In this document: positions 62,792 through 64,000 of the stretch, piece after piece
Position numbering within the stretch: position 1 is the first letter of the stretch
Layout: each line of letters begins with the position of its first letter
Assembly: GCA_965222375.1 (NCBI GenBank)
Contig: CBDCTZ010000012.1
Location: forward strand, 224,001 to 288,000
DNA length: 64,000 nucleotides
Source of the DNA: Polyangiaceae bacterium
Lineage (GTDB): Bacteria > Myxococcota_A > Polyangia > Polyangiales > Polyangiaceae
Reading direction: 5' to 3'
Position numbers and translations under genes: made by a program
Notes under the pieces: model-generated
Told to the model about the DNA's origin: nothing
The model's input: only the letters and a program-made list of their open reading frames with translations
Databases searched by the model: none

Positions 62792-64000
62792 ATGAGCTTA
62801 CGAGAGCGCGTCGCTCAGTTGGAGGCGCGGCGCAACGCCGTGTTGGAGATGGGGGGCGCCGAGCGAATCGCTCGGCAACACGCACGGGGCAAGCTCACAG
62901 TTCGTGAGCGCATGAACCTGCTTTTCGACGCGGGGGAGTACTTCGAGGTGGGGGCCTTTGGCCGGCCCATGGGCACTTCGTCGTCAGAGCGAGTTCCCGC
63001 GGACGGTGTCGTGTGTGGTTTTGGTCAAGTGGATGGCCGGATGGTCTGCGCCGCGGCCTACGACTTCACGGTGAAGGGCGGCAGCATTGGGCCAACCGGT
63101 GAGGTCAAAGTGACGCGACTGCGCCAGATGGCCTTGACTGGGCGTTGGCCTATAGTTTGGCTGATCGATTCGGCCGGTGCGCGTATCGACCCATCCGGTC
63201 AACACCCCGATGTGATCAGCACCTTCGCGGCGACCGGGCACCTGTTTCGGGAACAAGTGCTGATGAGTGGGGTCGTGCCCCAGGTTGCTGCGATGGTGGG
63301 CCCCGGCGCGGCGGGCACGGCGTACATCCCGGGCTTGGCGGACTTCGTACCCATGGTGCGCGGGGTGGGAAGCTTGGCGCTGGGCGGCCCTCCCCTGGTG
63401 AAGGCCGTTACCGGAGAGGAGATCGACGAGCAGACGTTGGGTGGCAGTTCCGTACACTGTGAGGTGAGCGGTGTTGCGGACGCCGAAGCCGAGGACGACG
63501 CTAGCTGTATTCAGTTGGTGAAGCGCTACTTGTCCTTCTTGCCGTCGAGCTCCGATGAAAAGCCCCCACAGGCGGCCGCTCGGGACCCCATCGACCGGCG
63601 CGAGGACGCGCTCTTGGACATCGTGCCTGAGGATCCCAGGGAAGGGTACGACATGCTCGACGTCTTGCGCCTCGTACTGGATGACGGCGATGTGTTTGAA
63701 CTCAAGCCGCGCTTCGGACGCAGTGTCATCACCGCGCTGGCTCGGATCGGAGGGACGCCGGTGGGCGTCGTTGCGAGTCAGCCCCTGTGCATGGGTGGTG
63801 TGCTCGAGAACGATTCCGCAGACAAGAGTGCGAAGTTCATCCAAATCTGCGACGCGTTCCATCTGCCGCTGATCTTCTTTCAAGATGTTCCGGGTTTCCT
63901 CGTGGGGTCCCGCGTGGAACAAGCTGGGATCATTCGCCATGGCGCAAAGATGCTGCATGCCATGAGCGCGGCAACGGTTCCGAAGCTCACGGTCGTGGTC
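62792..64000 (+). CDS. Acyl-CoA carboxylase carboxyltransferase (beta) subunit, runs off window end
   Basis: Not in ORF track; translated manually. GGAERIARQHARGKLTVRER, PADGVVCG, DSAGARI, QDVPGFLVG. Confidence 0.92.
   Translation, partial: MSLRERVAQLEARRNAVLEMGGAERIARQHARGKLTVRERMNLLFDAGEYFEVGAFGRPMGTSSSERVPADGVVCGFGQVDGRMVCAAAYDFTVKGGSIGPTGEVKVTRLRQMALTGRWPIVWLIDSAGARIDPSGQHPDVISTFAATGHLFREQVLMSGVVPQVAAMVGPGAAGTAYIPGLADFVPMVRGVGSLALGGPPLVKAVTGEEIDEQTLGGSSVHCEVSGVADAEAEDDASCIQLVKRYLSFLPSSSDEKPPQAAARDPIDRREDALLDIVPEDPREGYDMLDVLRLVLDDGDVFELKPRFGRSVITALARIGGTPVGVVASQPLCMGGVLENDSADKSAKFIQICDAFHLPLIFFQDVPGFLVGSRVEQAGIIRHGAKMLHAMSAATVPKLTVVV

Overview
GC-rich bacterial chromosomal window, most likely from a Polyangiaceae-like myxobacterium. 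This is inferred from MYXO-CTERM-like tails, CGDG Cys-rich repeats, a Ser/Thr kinase-PEGA cluster and many Gly-rich lipoproteins. Housekeeping-type genes include a partial hppA, glnE, a TamA/TamB-like pair, hemB, nfeD plus two flotillins, yeaH-methyltransferase-spoVR, a MarR/DUF849/crotonase operon and a partial acyl-CoA carboxylase beta subunit. The accessory zone at about 23.4-37.6 kb holds five things: (1) a TetR-controlled S1P-lyase-like/M81 hydrolase operon divergent from a TonB-dependent receptor with an in-frame TAA; (2) an IS50-like remnant; (3) a DUF222-like/HNH/RuvA-CTD-like gene with a long structured leader; (4) a lipoprotein with five knottin-like modules and a DAPxx repeat tract; (5) a complete 3,212-bp IS21-family element (IRs plus CCTGGG duplication) carrying two overlapping accessory ORFs. 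No rRNA, tRNA or CRISPR array was found. All calls come from motif reading only; no database searches were run.
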